Source: Candidatus Latescibacterota bacterium (GTDB taxonomy: Bacteria > Latescibacterota > UBA2968). From it: a DNA stretch of 64,000 nt. The position numbers were made by a program, and so were the translations under genes. Below the pieces are notes generated by a model. That model did not search any database. It saw only the letters and a program-made list of their open reading frames with translations, and was not told the DNA's origin. The stretch spans positions 2,624,001-2,688,000 of the forward strand of contig OZ220741.1 of the NCBI GenBank assembly GCA_965116885.1, read 5' to 3'. Positions within the stretch are counted from its first letter, which is position 1, and each line of letters opens with the position of its first letter. This document shows positions 38,287 to 48,225 of this stretch, one piece after another.

Positions 38287-38727
38287 TTCGCTCTATCGCA
38301 CAAGCCATAGATGAGAGTTTGGCGTATCTCATCTCACCTGTTGCACAGACCGATTTAGCTCGCCAGGCTTACTGTGTGCTTTCTCCAATCGGATTGCAAG
38401 CGCTATCAGACCCACCAATCCGATTTTCGTGTGTATCTGGTCCATAGATCACTTTCCAGGGTATTTCTCATGCCCCGTATATTCGCTTCCAAAACCTCCC
38501 GAATAACAGCCAACCTTCTACCTGGTGTCGCGCAGTTTGTCATTACAAAATGATCGGTCTGGCATTTATCTACTTTAGTAACTCTCCCCGGAACCCTTTC
38601 CACACAAGTGAGTAAAAAAAATAGGTCCATTAAGCGAGGACTTTTGCTATCGCAACCATTGTGCTCCAATCAAAGAATGCTTAACATCAGTATAAGTAAG
38701 ACACCATTAATCGTAAGAGGCGCATAT

Positions 38728-39897
38728 ATGAAAAAGGCGCAATACAAAATACTCGTAGTTGATGACGAACCCGATCTCGAACATCTCGTGAGGCAGCGCA
38801 TGCGGCGCGATGTTCGCGCTGGGCACTACGAATTCGTCTTTGCTTACAACGGCGTTGAGGCTCTCGAGGTGCTGAACGCGGATCCGGATATCGATATGGT
38901 GCTTTCGGACATCAATATGCCGCGGATGGATGGCCTCACCTTGCTCGAACAGATGCCGCAGGTTGATCCAGACCTCCGGGCTGTCATTGTCTCGGCTTAT
39001 GGCGATATGAAAAATATCCGTACGGCCATGAATCGGGGGGCGTTCGACTTTGTTACCAAGCCCATTGATTTTCAGGATTTGAGGGTCACTATTGAGCGCA
39101 CTTTGGAACACCTGAAGCTGTGGCGCGAGGCTGTGGCTTCGCGGGATAAGTTGGTGGCACTGCAAAACGAGCTTCGCGTTGCCCATGAGATGCAGCAGTC
39201 GATCCTGCCGAAGACCTTTCCCGACAAACCGGGCTATCAGCTATTTGGAAACATGGAGCCTGCACGCGAAGTGGGCGGTGATTTTTTTGATATTATCAAT
39301 CTGGAAAATGACTGTGTCGGTCTGGCAATTGCCGATGTTTCCGATAAGGGTGTACCGGCTGCGCTGTTCATGATGTCCAGTCGCACGTTGATGAAAGGAG
39401 CTGCAATTGGCAGATCGAATCCGGCCGAGGTGTTGAGCGAGGTCAATAGTCTCCTGCAGGAAGACAACGACGCAGCGATGTTTGTCACTGTATTTTACGC
39501 CGAATACAATCCGGAGAATGGGGTGCTGTCTTACGCCAACGGAGGGCACAATCCCCCGATTGTCGTCCATGCAGATGGCAGCTCGACTGTGCTCCCCCAG
39601 ACCAACGGAATTGCTCTGGGTATCATGCCAGATATTAAATACGAACAAAACTCAGTCACTCTGTCGCCTGGCGATGCCCTCGTGCTCTACACAGATGGTG
39701 TCACCGAAGCCATGAATGCCCAGAATGAGGAGTTTGAGATGGAGCGCTTGTGTGCCGTATTGTCCGAGCATTGTTCGTGTGATGTCCGCGAAATTAATCA
39801 GGCGGTTTTTCAAGCTGTGCAGGCATTTGCGGGTGATATGCCCCAGTTCGACGATATGACCTGTATGACACTTTTTTGCAGAGAGATAGGAATATGA
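38728..39897 (+). CDS. Receiver-domain PP2C (SpoIIE/RsbU-type) phosphatase
   Basis: ILVVDD, LSDINMP..DG, FVTKP receiver; MQQSILP, VGGDFFD, IADVSDKG, LYTDG, FDDMT PP2C motifs. Confidence 0.93.
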   Translation: MKKAQYKILVVDDEPDLEHLVRQRMRRDVRAGHYEFVFAYNGVEALEVLNADPDIDMVLSDINMPRMDGLTLLEQMPQVDPDLRAVIVSAYGDMKNIRTAMNRGAFDFVTKPIDFQDLRVTIERTLEHLKLWREAVASRDKLVALQNELRVAHEMQQSILPKTFPDKPGYQLFGNMEPAREVGGDFFDIINLENDCVGLAIADVSDKGVPAALFMMSSRTLMKGAAIGRSNPAEVLSEVNSLLQEDNDAAMFVTVFYAEYNPENGVLSYANGGHNPPIVVHADGSSTVLPQTNGIALGIMPDIKYEQNSVTLSPGDALVLYTDGVTEAMNAQNEEFEMERLCAVLSEHCSCDVREINQAVFQAVQAFAGDMPQFDDMTCMTLFCREIGI

Positions 39898-40316
39898 AGG
39901 TGAAACGTTCTCTATGTATTGCGTCGGATCTCAGCGAGTTGGATCGGCTGCACGATGCCGTGGCAGAACTCGGCGAAGCGGGAGATTGGCCTCCCGATCT
40001 CGTGTACCAGGTTGATCTCGTCCTCGAAGAATTGATCGTCAATACTGTGAACTATGGATACGACGACGATGCACGCCATGAGATTGAGGTCACGCTGACC
40101 TCGGATGAGGATGTCTTCACCGTTGAGATTATAGACGACGGGCATGCCTTCAATCCACTGAGTGACGCCCCCGAACCAGACCTGGACGCGGGGATAGAAG
40201 ATCGGCCGATAGGGGGGCTTGGCATCCATCTGATGCGCGTTATGATGGACGATGTACACTATCGTCGCGAGCAGAATAAGAATCATCTTACTCTGATTAA
40301 GCGGAGGAATGGATGA
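39894..40316 (+). CDS. Anti-sigma factor / Ser kinase (HATPase_c_2, RsbW-like)
   Basis: EELIVNTVNYG, DDGHAFNP, GGLGIHLM; ATGA overlaps at both ends. Confidence 0.9.
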   Translation: MKVKRSLCIASDLSELDRLHDAVAELGEAGDWPPDLVYQVDLVLEELIVNTVNYGYDDDARHEIEVTLTSDEDVFTVEIIDDGHAFNPLSDAPEPDLDAGIEDRPIGGLGIHLMRVMMDDVHYRREQNKNHLTLIKRRNG

Positions 40317-41485
40317 GGACTACGCGCTACAGTTGTGCGGTTTTACTAATCTTCTTGCTGATTGTAGGGATCAGTGCGGAAGAATCCGGAATTTCTGACG
40401 AGCGCATCCTTTTTGGGCAGTCCGCCGCCTTTAGTGGCCCCGCTCAAGAACTGGGTAAGGACATGCGGATTGGTATTGAGGCAGCTTTTCAGGAGGCCAA
40501 CGCGCGGGGCGGCGTGCATGGTCGGCAACTCACGTTGTTGTCTCTCGACGATGCGTACGAACCCGAAGCTGCTATCACCAATACCCGTCGTCTGATTGAA
40601 CAGGAAGGGGTTTTCGCGCTGATCGGTGCTGTCGGTACGCCTACATCGCTCTCTGCCACCCCTGTGGCCGCAGCTGCTGACGTCCCCTATGTCGCCCCCT
40701 TTACCGGTGCTGCCTTCTTGCGTGAAGATAGGTGGCAAAACGTGATTAACCTGCGGGCGTCTTATAACCAGGAAACCGAGGCTATGGTCGCTCGCTTGAC
40801 CACAGACCTGGGCATTAAGCGCATTGCCGTTATGTACCAGGATGACTCTTTTGGTCGGGCGGGTTATCGCGGCGTGCGGCAGGCACTTGAGCGGCGTAGC
40901 ATGGAACCTGTGGCAATAGGGGTGTACCAGCGCAATACCACGGCGGTGAAGACGGGTCTGCTCAACCTGCATAGTGCAAACCCCGATGCAGTCATCCTGA
41001 TAGGGGCCTACCGGCCGGTGGCAACGCTGATTGCCTGGGCGCGACACATAGGGCTGGATCCCGTATTCATGACCATCTCTTTTGTGGGCAGCAATGCATT
41101 GGCCAGGGAACTCGGTCGCGGTGGTGCTGGGGTCTTCGTTACTCAGGTCGTACCCTTTCCAACAGATAACACGCCCCCCGTTGGTATTGCCTATCGCCGT
41201 GCTCTGACGGCCCACGCCCCCGAAGCGACTCCTGGCTTTGTCTCATACGAAGGCTATTTGGCGGGGCGATTGGCTATCGCCGCTCTCGAACGTTGTGGGG
41301 CAGAGGTTAACCGCACCCGGTTTCTCAACAGTTTGCGCGGTGCGGATACTATTGATCTGGACGGCTTTGAACTTCGCTATGGCGCCACTGACAATCAGGG
41401 TTCAGACGCTGTTTTTCTCACCGTGATTGGCACAGAGGGCAGTTATCGCTCGATCCAAACTCTGCGGGACGCAATAAAGCCATGA
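40313..41485 (+). CDS. Periplasmic ligand-binding protein (LivJ/Peripla_BP_6-like)
   Basis: Signal peptide; FGQSAAFSGP, GGVHGR..LDDAYEP, GAVGTP, RASY, YQDDSFG. Confidence 0.88.
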   Translation: MRTTRYSCAVLLIFLLIVGISAEESGISDERILFGQSAAFSGPAQELGKDMRIGIEAAFQEANARGGVHGRQLTLLSLDDAYEPEAAITNTRRLIEQEGVFALIGAVGTPTSLSATPVAAAADVPYVAPFTGAAFLREDRWQNVINLRASYNQETEAMVARLTTDLGIKRIAVMYQDDSFGRAGYRGVRQALERRSMEPVAIGVYQRNTTAVKTGLLNLHSANPDAVILIGAYRPVATLIAWARHIGLDPVFMTISFVGSNALARELGRGGAGVFVTQVVPFPTDNTPPVGIAYRRALTAHAPEATPGFVSYEGYLAGRLAIAALERCGAEVNRTRFLNSLRGADTIDLDGFELRYGATDNQGSDAVFLTVIGTEGSYRSIQTLRDAIKP

Positions 41486-43644
41486 TTGACATACTAAAAC
41501 ACCTGCTTGAAGGCCGCTACCGAATTTCGACGCAACTCTATTTGGGTATTGGCGGTGCTGTTGTCCTCACTATGGGGGCGAGTTTGGTTGGCTGGTTTTC
41601 CTTCAACAGCGTGGGTGACGCGCAAAGTCGCGTGAATGAAGGCAGTGTGCCCGGAATGGCAGCCGCATTTGGAGTCGCTCAACAAAGCGGTGCCATTGTA
41701 GCCGCAGCACCGCGTCTCATCGCTGCTGCAACGCCAGAGACATTTAATCAGGTTATTGCCGAGATCGCCACAGAGCGAAACACTTTTGAAGCGCAGTTGG
41801 CGGCTCTGACGCAGCAAGGTGAAGAAGAGGAACGCTTCAATCGCATTCGCGCCCAGGGTGGCACTCTGATCTCAAATATCGAAGCAATTGAAAGCTCAGT
41901 AGCCGAGCTTTTTGTGCTGCAAGAACAGAGTGAAGCCCTGCGTGCAGAACTGGTTAAAGTGCGCAATGATCTGGTTGGTGTCATGGTTCCGCTTATTGAC
42001 GACCAGTTGTTCTACGCTATGACGGGGTATCGCAATCTCGGCGAAGCACCCGCGCCGCGCAATCAGCACTTGTCGAGACAAGAGTTCGACCACTATCGCC
42101 ATCTGGCTGCATTGCAAGCAGACGCCACCACAGCAATCCAGCTTCTGTCGAGTGCTTTCAATCTTTCAGATGCGCCCTTGATTGAGCCATTGCGGGAGCG
42201 ATTTGAGGCTGCTAAAGACAGGATTGAATGGAGTTTGTCGGCACTCGGAACGGCCCGTGCGCGCAGTCAGATCGCTCCGATATGTGCCCGTCTGTACCAG
42301 TTGGGGCTGGGGGAAGAAGGGGGCTTCGACCTGCGTACACGAGAACTCGAACACGTCGCGCACCAGCGGGACCTGCTCGCACGCAATCAGTCTCTTGCCC
42401 TTAATCTGGTCGCCGAAGCCGAGGGGCTGGTAAATGCTGCCCGCATAAGTGCGAAGGAAGCAACCCACGCTTCCACACTGGCCATCGGCACCGGGCGCAG
42501 TCTTCTGTTGGTTTTGAATGTGATCAGCATTACTGGCGCGTTGTTGATCGCCTATTTATTCGTGGGACGAATGCTATTGCCCCGTCTCGAGCGACTATCC
42601 GAGCGGATGCGCCGCATGGCTGATGGCGACCTGGAGGGCAAGGTCGAGATCGGTGGGAACGACGAGGTGGCAGACATGGCCGCAGCCCTTGAAGTCTTTC
42701 GCCGCCACGCTCTGGAGGTGCAGCGCCTGAATCTGGTGGAAAAACTGGCAGAAGAGTTGCAATCTAAAAACGAAGAGCTCGAAAAGGTGCTGGAGGATTT
42801 GCAGGTGGCGCAGGACCAGATTGTTATGCGCGAGAAATTGGCCGCGCTCGGCGAACTCACTGCAGGTGTGGCGCACGAGATCAAGAATCCGCTGAATTTT
42901 GTGAAAAACTTCTCGGAAGCGTCGGAAGAACTCATGGAGGAGTTGGTGGAGGTACTGGACGAAATTCCCGAGGCGCTGGACGAGGAGCAGCGCGAATTGG
43001 TTGACGAGATATGCCAGGACCTCACCGACAACATGGGGCGCATCCTCCAACACGGCACCCGCGCCGACCGCATTGTTCACGATATGCTCATGATGGGGCG
43101 CGGCTCTGGTGAGCGACTGCCCATTGAAATTAACAATCTGCTCGATGAACACGCCCGCCTTGCCTACCACAGTGCACGGGCCACTGACGCGGATTTTAAC
43201 TTGACTATTGAGACGGATTTCGATCCAGATGCGGGGCAAATTGAGGCCGTGCCGCAGGATCTGGGGCGCGTTTTCCTCAACATGGTAGGCAATGCCTGTT
43301 ACGCTACCGATGAGAAACGTCGTGCTATTGAAGCAGATAATGGTGAGACCTTTTTTCCGACCCTGTCGCTGAGCACCAGGCGCCTGGATGATCGGATAGA
43401 GGTGAGCATAAGAGATAATGGGAATGGGATTCCGCCCGAGGTTGTCGATAAAATTTTCAATCCTTTTTTTACCACCAAACCGACAGACAAGGGAACTGGC
43501 CTCGGCCTTGCTCTTTCCAATGATATTGTGCGCGAACACGGGGGAAATATCCGGGTTGTATCTGAACCTGGTGAATTTACCGAGATGATAGTAGAATTGC
43601 CTTTGGTGCCGTCCGCGGTGACGACTGAAGAGGTAGAGAGATAG
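41482..43644 (+). CDS. Membrane sensor histidine kinase with TorS-like periplasmic domain and HAMP
   Basis: Two TM helices, helical periplasmic domain, HAMP (DEVADMA), H-box AHEIKNP, N/G1/F/G2 boxes (NMVGNA, DNGNG, FNPFFTTK, GTGLGL). Confidence 0.9.
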   Translation: MIDILKHLLEGRYRISTQLYLGIGGAVVLTMGASLVGWFSFNSVGDAQSRVNEGSVPGMAAAFGVAQQSGAIVAAAPRLIAAATPETFNQVIAEIATERNTFEAQLAALTQQGEEEERFNRIRAQGGTLISNIEAIESSVAELFVLQEQSEALRAELVKVRNDLVGVMVPLIDDQLFYAMTGYRNLGEAPAPRNQHLSRQEFDHYRHLAALQADATTAIQLLSSAFNLSDAPLIEPLRERFEAAKDRIEWSLSALGTARARSQIAPICARLYQLGLGEEGGFDLRTRELEHVAHQRDLLARNQSLALNLVAEAEGLVNAARISAKEATHASTLAIGTGRSLLLVLNVISITGALLIAYLFVGRMLLPRLERLSERMRRMADGDLEGKVEIGGNDEVADMAAALEVFRRHALEVQRLNLVEKLAEELQSKNEELEKVLEDLQVAQDQIVMREKLAALGELTAGVAHEIKNPLNFVKNFSEASEELMEELVEVLDEIPEALDEEQRELVDEICQDLTDNMGRILQHGTRADRIVHDMLMMGRGSGERLPIEINNLLDEHARLAYHSARATDADFNLTIETDFDPDAGQIEAVPQDLGRVFLNMVGNACYATDEKRRAIEADNGETFFPTLSLSTRRLDDRIEVSIRDNGNGIPPEVVDKIFNPFFTTKPTDKGTGLGLALSNDIVREHGGNIRVVSEPGEFTEMIVELPLVPSAVTTEEVER

Positions 43645-43688
43645 AAGGGAGTGGAGGCACTGTTCCATCATTATGGGAGGGAATATCC

Positions 43689-45071
43689 ATGCGGACGTTT
43701 TTAAAAACCCTTATTCATCACCGGTTCACCAACCGGGTGGGAAAACCGCTCGCGGTGCTCGGGTTCCTTGCGTGTGCTACAACCGCCGCGCACGCAGCGG
43801 TTGACGAGGAAACCCTGTTCGTCTTCAACACTTTTTCATTTCTCCTTTGGGGCGTGCTGGTGATGTGGATGTGCGCGGGATTTACCATGCTCGAGTCCGG
43901 CTCTGTGCGCACCAAGAATGCCTCTATGATTTGCCTGAAGAATATTGGCCTCTATTCTATTGCCGGGCTTGCTTACTATTTCATCGGCTATAATCTCATG
44001 TACGTCGATGTGGGAAGTGTAATCGGTTCATTTAAGTTTTTATACGGACCATCTGGCGATGAGCTTGCTCTGATAGCGGGAAATGAGGCCGCGAAGACGA
44101 ACGTGATTAAGAGCGGCTATTCCACCATGTCCAATTGGTTTTTCCAGATGGTCTTTGTTGCGACCACTGCTTCTATTGTCTCTGGAACTCTGGCCGAACG
44201 AGTTAAAATGTGGTCCTTTTTTGTTTTTATTCTGGTGCTGACAGCGATTATCTATCCCGTCGTCGGCGCGTGGACATGGGGCGAAGGATGGCTAAGTGCG
44301 ATGGGTTTCAAGGATTTTGCTGGATCGACCATTGTGCATAGCACCGGTGGCTGGGCGGCACTTGCTGGCGCGATAGTCGTTGGACCGAGGCTCGGCAAAT
44401 TCCGCAGCGATGGTACGGTCAAATCCACGCCGCCCTCTAACATTTTGATAGTAACACTGGGCGTCTTCATCCTGTGGTTCGGGTGGTTCGGTTTCAACGG
44501 TGGGTCGCAACTGGCATTGGGAAGCGCGCTTGACGCGGTCGCGATGAGTCATGTGCTGGTCAATACCAATTTGGGAGCTGCAGCCGGTGTTATGGCAGCT
44601 CTTTTAGTTTCTCGTCCCATCCTGGGACGCGTAGATCTGTTCGCAGGTCTGAATGGCGCAATCGCCGGTCTGGTGTCGATTACTGCGGGACCCGATATTG
44701 TCGATCACTACTGGGCGGTCATTATTGGTGCTATTGGCGCGGTTGTGTGTACTGCCGGGATCAAGCTTCTGGAAAAGATCAAGCTGGATGATGTGGTCGG
44801 GGCAATACCCGCTCACCTGTTCGCCGGTATCTGGGGCACCATAGCGGTCTGCATCGCTGGCGGCGGTAACTTAGGCGTACAATTGATCGGTATTGTAGCG
44901 GTTGGCGCATTCGTGTTTGTGACTTCGTGGGTGTTGTGGCGCGTAATTGCTATGACGTTGAGTGTGCGCGTGTCGCGCCAGGTCGAACAATTGGGGCAGG
45001 ATGTTGGGGAATTGGGAATTGACGCCTATCCCGAATTTGTGCTTATGCCGGAAGAAGATGATGAAGAATAA
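43689..45071 (+). CDS. amt: Ammonium transporter (Amt family)
   Basis: GFTMLESG, FFQMVF, DFAGSTIVH, WFGWFGFNGGS, DD..GAIPAH (twin His). Confidence 0.93.
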   Translation: MRTFLKTLIHHRFTNRVGKPLAVLGFLACATTAAHAAVDEETLFVFNTFSFLLWGVLVMWMCAGFTMLESGSVRTKNASMICLKNIGLYSIAGLAYYFIGYNLMYVDVGSVIGSFKFLYGPSGDELALIAGNEAAKTNVIKSGYSTMSNWFFQMVFVATTASIVSGTLAERVKMWSFFVFILVLTAIIYPVVGAWTWGEGWLSAMGFKDFAGSTIVHSTGGWAALAGAIVVGPRLGKFRSDGTVKSTPPSNILIVTLGVFILWFGWFGFNGGSQLALGSALDAVAMSHVLVNTNLGAAAGVMAALLVSRPILGRVDLFAGLNGAIAGLVSITAGPDIVDHYWAVIIGAIGAVVCTAGIKLLEKIKLDDVVGAIPAHLFAGIWGTIAVCIAGGGNLGVQLIGIVAVGAFVFVTSWVLWRVIAMTLSVRVSRQVEQLGQDVGELGIDAYPEFVLMPEEDDEE

Positions 45072-46006
45072 GCAAGGATCTTCTGCATATCTTCTGGTGG
45101 ATGTGCTTCAAACATCATTTCTTTTTTTGTTACGGGATGCACGAATGTCAATTGAGTCGCGTGGAGCATCTGTCGATTAGTTTGCGCGAGCAGGTGGGTT
45201 GCCTCTCTCCGAAACAGGGGGGCAATCCCAGACAGCCGCTCCTCGCGTCCGCCGTATAGCGGGTCGCCAAATACGGGGCGGTTGAGATGCGTTAGATGCA
45301 CTCTGATCTGGTGTGTACGACCCGTCTCCAGCGCGAGAGATAGCAAAGAGAGAAAATCGTAACGCGCCCTTATTTTCCAGCGCGTTGCTGCATATTTTCC
45401 ATTTAGAGAAACGGTCATTCGCTTTCGATCTTTGGGATGCCTTCCAATTGGTGCTTCTATGCGCCCTTCATCTGCTTCAAAGCCCCCCCATATCAACGCG
45501 AGATAACGCCGCTCCATTGCACGGGCTTCCAACTGGGCAGCCAATCCGCGGTGCCCGGCATCACTTTTGGCGACGACCATCAGGCCCGATGTGTCTTTGT
45601 CTAATCGATGTACAATGCCCGGTCGCAAAACCCCGTTGATACCCGATAAATGCGTGCAGTGTGACAGGAGGGCATTGACGAGTGTTCCCGAGGTCACGCT
45701 TCCCGCTGGATGTACAATCATACCCGCAGGTTTGTCGAGCACCAGCACATGGTCATCTTCAAAAAAAATATCCAGAGGAATATCCTCTGGATTAATTGCA
45801 CTATCTGTTGGAGGGGGTATGTTTATTGTGATGCTATCGCCAGCCACCACCCGATAGCTCGATCGGGGCGTCTTTCCCTTGATGAAAACAGCACCCTCGG
45901 CAATCAGTTTTTGAAGGCGTGAACGCGAAAGTTCGGGGCGTTGGTCGGCCAAATAGCGGTCCAGACGCTGGCCTTCATGTTGAGGCAGAATTTTTAGATG
46001 AATCAC
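45026..46006 (-). CDS. rluD: RluD-type 23S rRNA pseudouridine synthase
   Basis: S4-like RLDRYL, KPAGMIVHP, HRLDKDTSG, TGRTHQIRVH; GTG start at 46006 inferred. Confidence 0.88.
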   Translation of the reverse strand: MIHLKILPQHEGQRLDRYLADQRPELSRSRLQKLIAEGAVFIKGKTPRSSYRVVAGDSITINIPPPTDSAINPEDIPLDIFFEDDHVLVLDKPAGMIVHPAGSVTSGTLVNALLSHCTHLSGINGVLRPGIVHRLDKDTSGLMVVAKSDAGHRGLAAQLEARAMERRYLALIWGGFEADEGRIEAPIGRHPKDRKRMTVSLNGKYAATRWKIRARYDFLSLLSLALETGRTHQIRVHLTHLNRPVFGDPLYGGREERLSGIAPLFRREATHLLAQTNRQMLHATQLTFVHPVTKKEMMFEAHPPEDMQKILAYSSSSSSGISTNSG

Positions 46007-46472
46007 GGTTATGCACCGTCTCACGGCGTTTAGATGTGATGCCAAAAGCAAAAATCAAGAGAGCGGTCCCCACACTGACACAGGTATCCGCGAGGTTAAA
46101 AACCCACCACCGCGCAGTTCCAATGCCAAAATCGAGAAAATCAATTACGACGCCAAATCGCACGCGGTCGATGATATTGCCAATTGCACCTCCCAACACC
46201 AGAGTCAAACCAATGGCTGCGAGGCGGTCTTCGGGAGGGATACGCCACAGCAACCCACCAACCACGATAAGTGCCACACAAGCCAGTAGTAGATGCAGGT
46301 AAGGGTTGCCCAATCGGATGCCGAATACTGCACCTGGATTGTGAATATAGGTCAGCTTAAAAAAAGATCCCAGTACCGGTACAGATTCGCCCAGGGTCAT
46401 GGTTTGCAACACCCACCATTTTGTAAATTGGTCCAGCACCAATGCCACACCTGTAATCCACAAGAATCTCAC
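45975..46472 (-). CDS. lspA: Lipoprotein signal peptidase II
   Basis: DQFTK, NPGAVFG, GGAIGNIIDR, VIDF, FNLAD. Confidence 0.95.
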   Translation of the reverse strand: MRFLWITGVALVLDQFTKWWVLQTMTLGESVPVLGSFFKLTYIHNPGAVFGIRLGNPYLHLLLACVALIVVGGLLWRIPPEDRLAAIGLTLVLGGAIGNIIDRVRFGVVIDFLDFGIGTARWWVFNLADTCVSVGTALLIFAFGITSKRRETVHNRDSSKNSAST

Positions 46473-46481
46473 AATTATACC

Positions 46482-46853
46482 TCATGCCAATTTGTTTTGT
46501 TTTTCTTTACAAGGGACGCAAATTTCCGTGGTTGGCACAGCTTCCAGTCTTGCTCTGGGGATAGGAGATTTACATGCTCGACACACGCCAAATTTGCGGT
46601 TTTTAATGCGCGTTAAAGCAGCGTCAATTTGGTCCAGATAAGCACCGTCGCGTGCTGCAAATAGAAAAGCCTTTTCGCGTTCCATGGTCGAATTGCCCAA
46701 ATCGGGCATGTGATCTGAATACGTCAGGTCGCCCGACGATTCTGCCGAGGTGATCTGCATGGAATGGCTCTGCAACGTGCCCAGGTCTTTAACGATGGAG
46801 GTGCGTTTGGTCTGTAAAAGTTTTTTGAAATACTCCAGGTCTTGATCTGTCAT
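46482..46853 (-). CDS. TraR/DksA-family C4 zinc-finger protein
   Basis: Coiled coil with HMPD tip, CRAC..I...RLEAVP....CVPC. Confidence 0.88.
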   Translation of the reverse strand: MTDQDLEYFKKLLQTKRTSIVKDLGTLQSHSMQITSAESSGDLTYSDHMPDLGNSTMEREKAFLFAARDGAYLDQIDAALTRIKNRKFGVCRACKSPIPRARLEAVPTTEICVPCKEKQNKLA

Positions 46854-46854
46854 T

Positions 46855-47319
46855 TTATTCCTTTCTATCCACAGCTTCCCAAATTTGACGCGCGTTTTCT
46901 TCGATTAGCGCGCGTTGTTCCGGCCAGAAAAACACGGGGAGTGGATCGAGTGGCACCCAGGACATGCTTTCGTGATGCGTTGTGTCGGTTGGCACGGCAT
47001 CAATCTGCTCGGTCGAATACAAAAAATAATGTGTTATTTTCCATTCTTTCTTGGAAAAATCAAGCCGTTCTTTTGTGCCGAGTTTTTCCACGAGTTGCAG
47101 TTTTGATACCCCAACTTCTTCTTTGATCTCTCGTCTGGCAGCACATTCGATTTTCTCGCCCGCTTCAATGTGTCCTTTGGGCAACACATAGTCGGTGTGC
47201 CCTCTTTCGCGGGCCAGAGCCAGCAATATCTGATGGCCATCCCAACGCACGACTACACCGCCCGCAGCGTGACGTTCTCGCAATCCTTTGGGGCGTATGT
47301 ACCAGCTATTGTCGATCAT
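46855..47319 (-). CDS. NUDIX hydrolase
   Basis: AAGGVV, LPKGHIEAGE...AARREIKEEVG Nudix box. Confidence 0.9.
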   Translation of the reverse strand: MIDNSWYIRPKGLRERHAAGGVVVRWDGHQILLALARERGHTDYVLPKGHIEAGEKIECAARREIKEEVGVSKLQLVEKLGTKERLDFSKKEWKITHYFLYSTEQIDAVPTDTTHHESMSWVPLDPLPVFFWPEQRALIEENARQIWEAVDRKE

Positions 47320-47349
47320 AAATCAGTTATCAGTGGGGCACGTCTTTGT

Positions 47350-48225
47350 TCATTTCCAGTACTTATCGTATAGAAGACCGAGTCTTTCTTTTGCCGCGTT
47401 GGAAATTGCATCTGGCGATGTGATAATCGCAAATTGTGCGGCATTGAGACAATCGCAATCCGATGTTCTGGGCAACTGTGCGGCCAATGTACATACAATT
47501 TGATTTGCGTGCTCGGCATTGGCTTTTAACACAGCGACTACGGCTTCTACCGACACATCTTCTTCTGCTTCATGCCAGCAATCGTAATCGGTGCCCATAG
47601 CCAGCATCGCATAACACATTTCGGCCTCGCGTGCGAGTTTGGCTTCGGGCAAAGCCGTCATTCCAATCACGGTCGCATTGACTTCTCGACGATAAAAATG
47701 GGACTCTGCGCGTGTGGAGAATTGCGGTCCCTCCATACAGATATACGTTCCACCATCGTGGGTGGTTACTCCGGAGTTTTTTGCAGCAGCCAGCAGTAAG
47801 TCGCGCAATTCGCCGCAAAAAGGATCCGCAAAGGCCACATGGCCGGCAATGCCTTTACCAAAAAATGTGCTCGCACGGATGCCGCGGGTGCGATCAAAAA
47901 TCTGGTCGGGCACCACCATATCACCCGGTTTTATAGCTTCCCGCATAATTCCCACAGCACTTATCGACAACAGATGTGTCACGCCCATCTGTTTCATGGC
48001 ATATACATTGGCGCGATAGGGCACTTCAGAAGGCAGCAGCACATGTCCACGTCCATGACGGGGCAAAAAATATACCGATTGGTCGCCTATACGCGTTTCG
48101 ACAACGGCATCTGAAGGCGCGCCAAAAGGTGTGGCAAGGCGATGTTCGGCTACGATTTCCACACCTTCCATGTGATAAACACCAGATCCGCCCATAACAC
48201 CCAGTCGAACAATCTGTTCAGGCAT
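47350..48225 (-). CDS. mtnP: S-methyl-5'-thioadenosine phosphorylase
   Basis: GGSG, TPFG.PSD, PRHG, EGPQFSTRAES, IGMT..PEAKLARE, TDYDCW. Confidence 0.92.
   Translation of the reverse strand: MPEQIVRLGVMGGSGVYHMEGVEIVAEHRLATPFGAPSDAVVETRIGDQSVYFLPRHGRGHVLLPSEVPYRANVYAMKQMGVTHLLSISAVGIMREAIKPGDMVVPDQIFDRTRGIRASTFFGKGIAGHVAFADPFCGELRDLLLAAAKNSGVTTHDGGTYICMEGPQFSTRAESHFYRREVNATVIGMTALPEAKLAREAEMCYAMLAMGTDYDCWHEAEEDVSVEAVVAVLKANAEHANQIVCTLAAQLPRTSDCDCLNAAQFAIITSPDAISNAAKERLGLLYDKYWK

Noticed and set aside
38406..38669. 87-aa minus-strand ORF in the STAS-PP2C gap
   Set aside because: No motif or clear RBS and antisense to the operon; not supportable as a gene
42595..43671. 358-aa antisense ORF (and similar shadow ORFs such as 22698-23552, 40346-41215, 34206-35282)
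   Set aside because: Antisense or off-frame to well-supported genes, with no recognisable motifs
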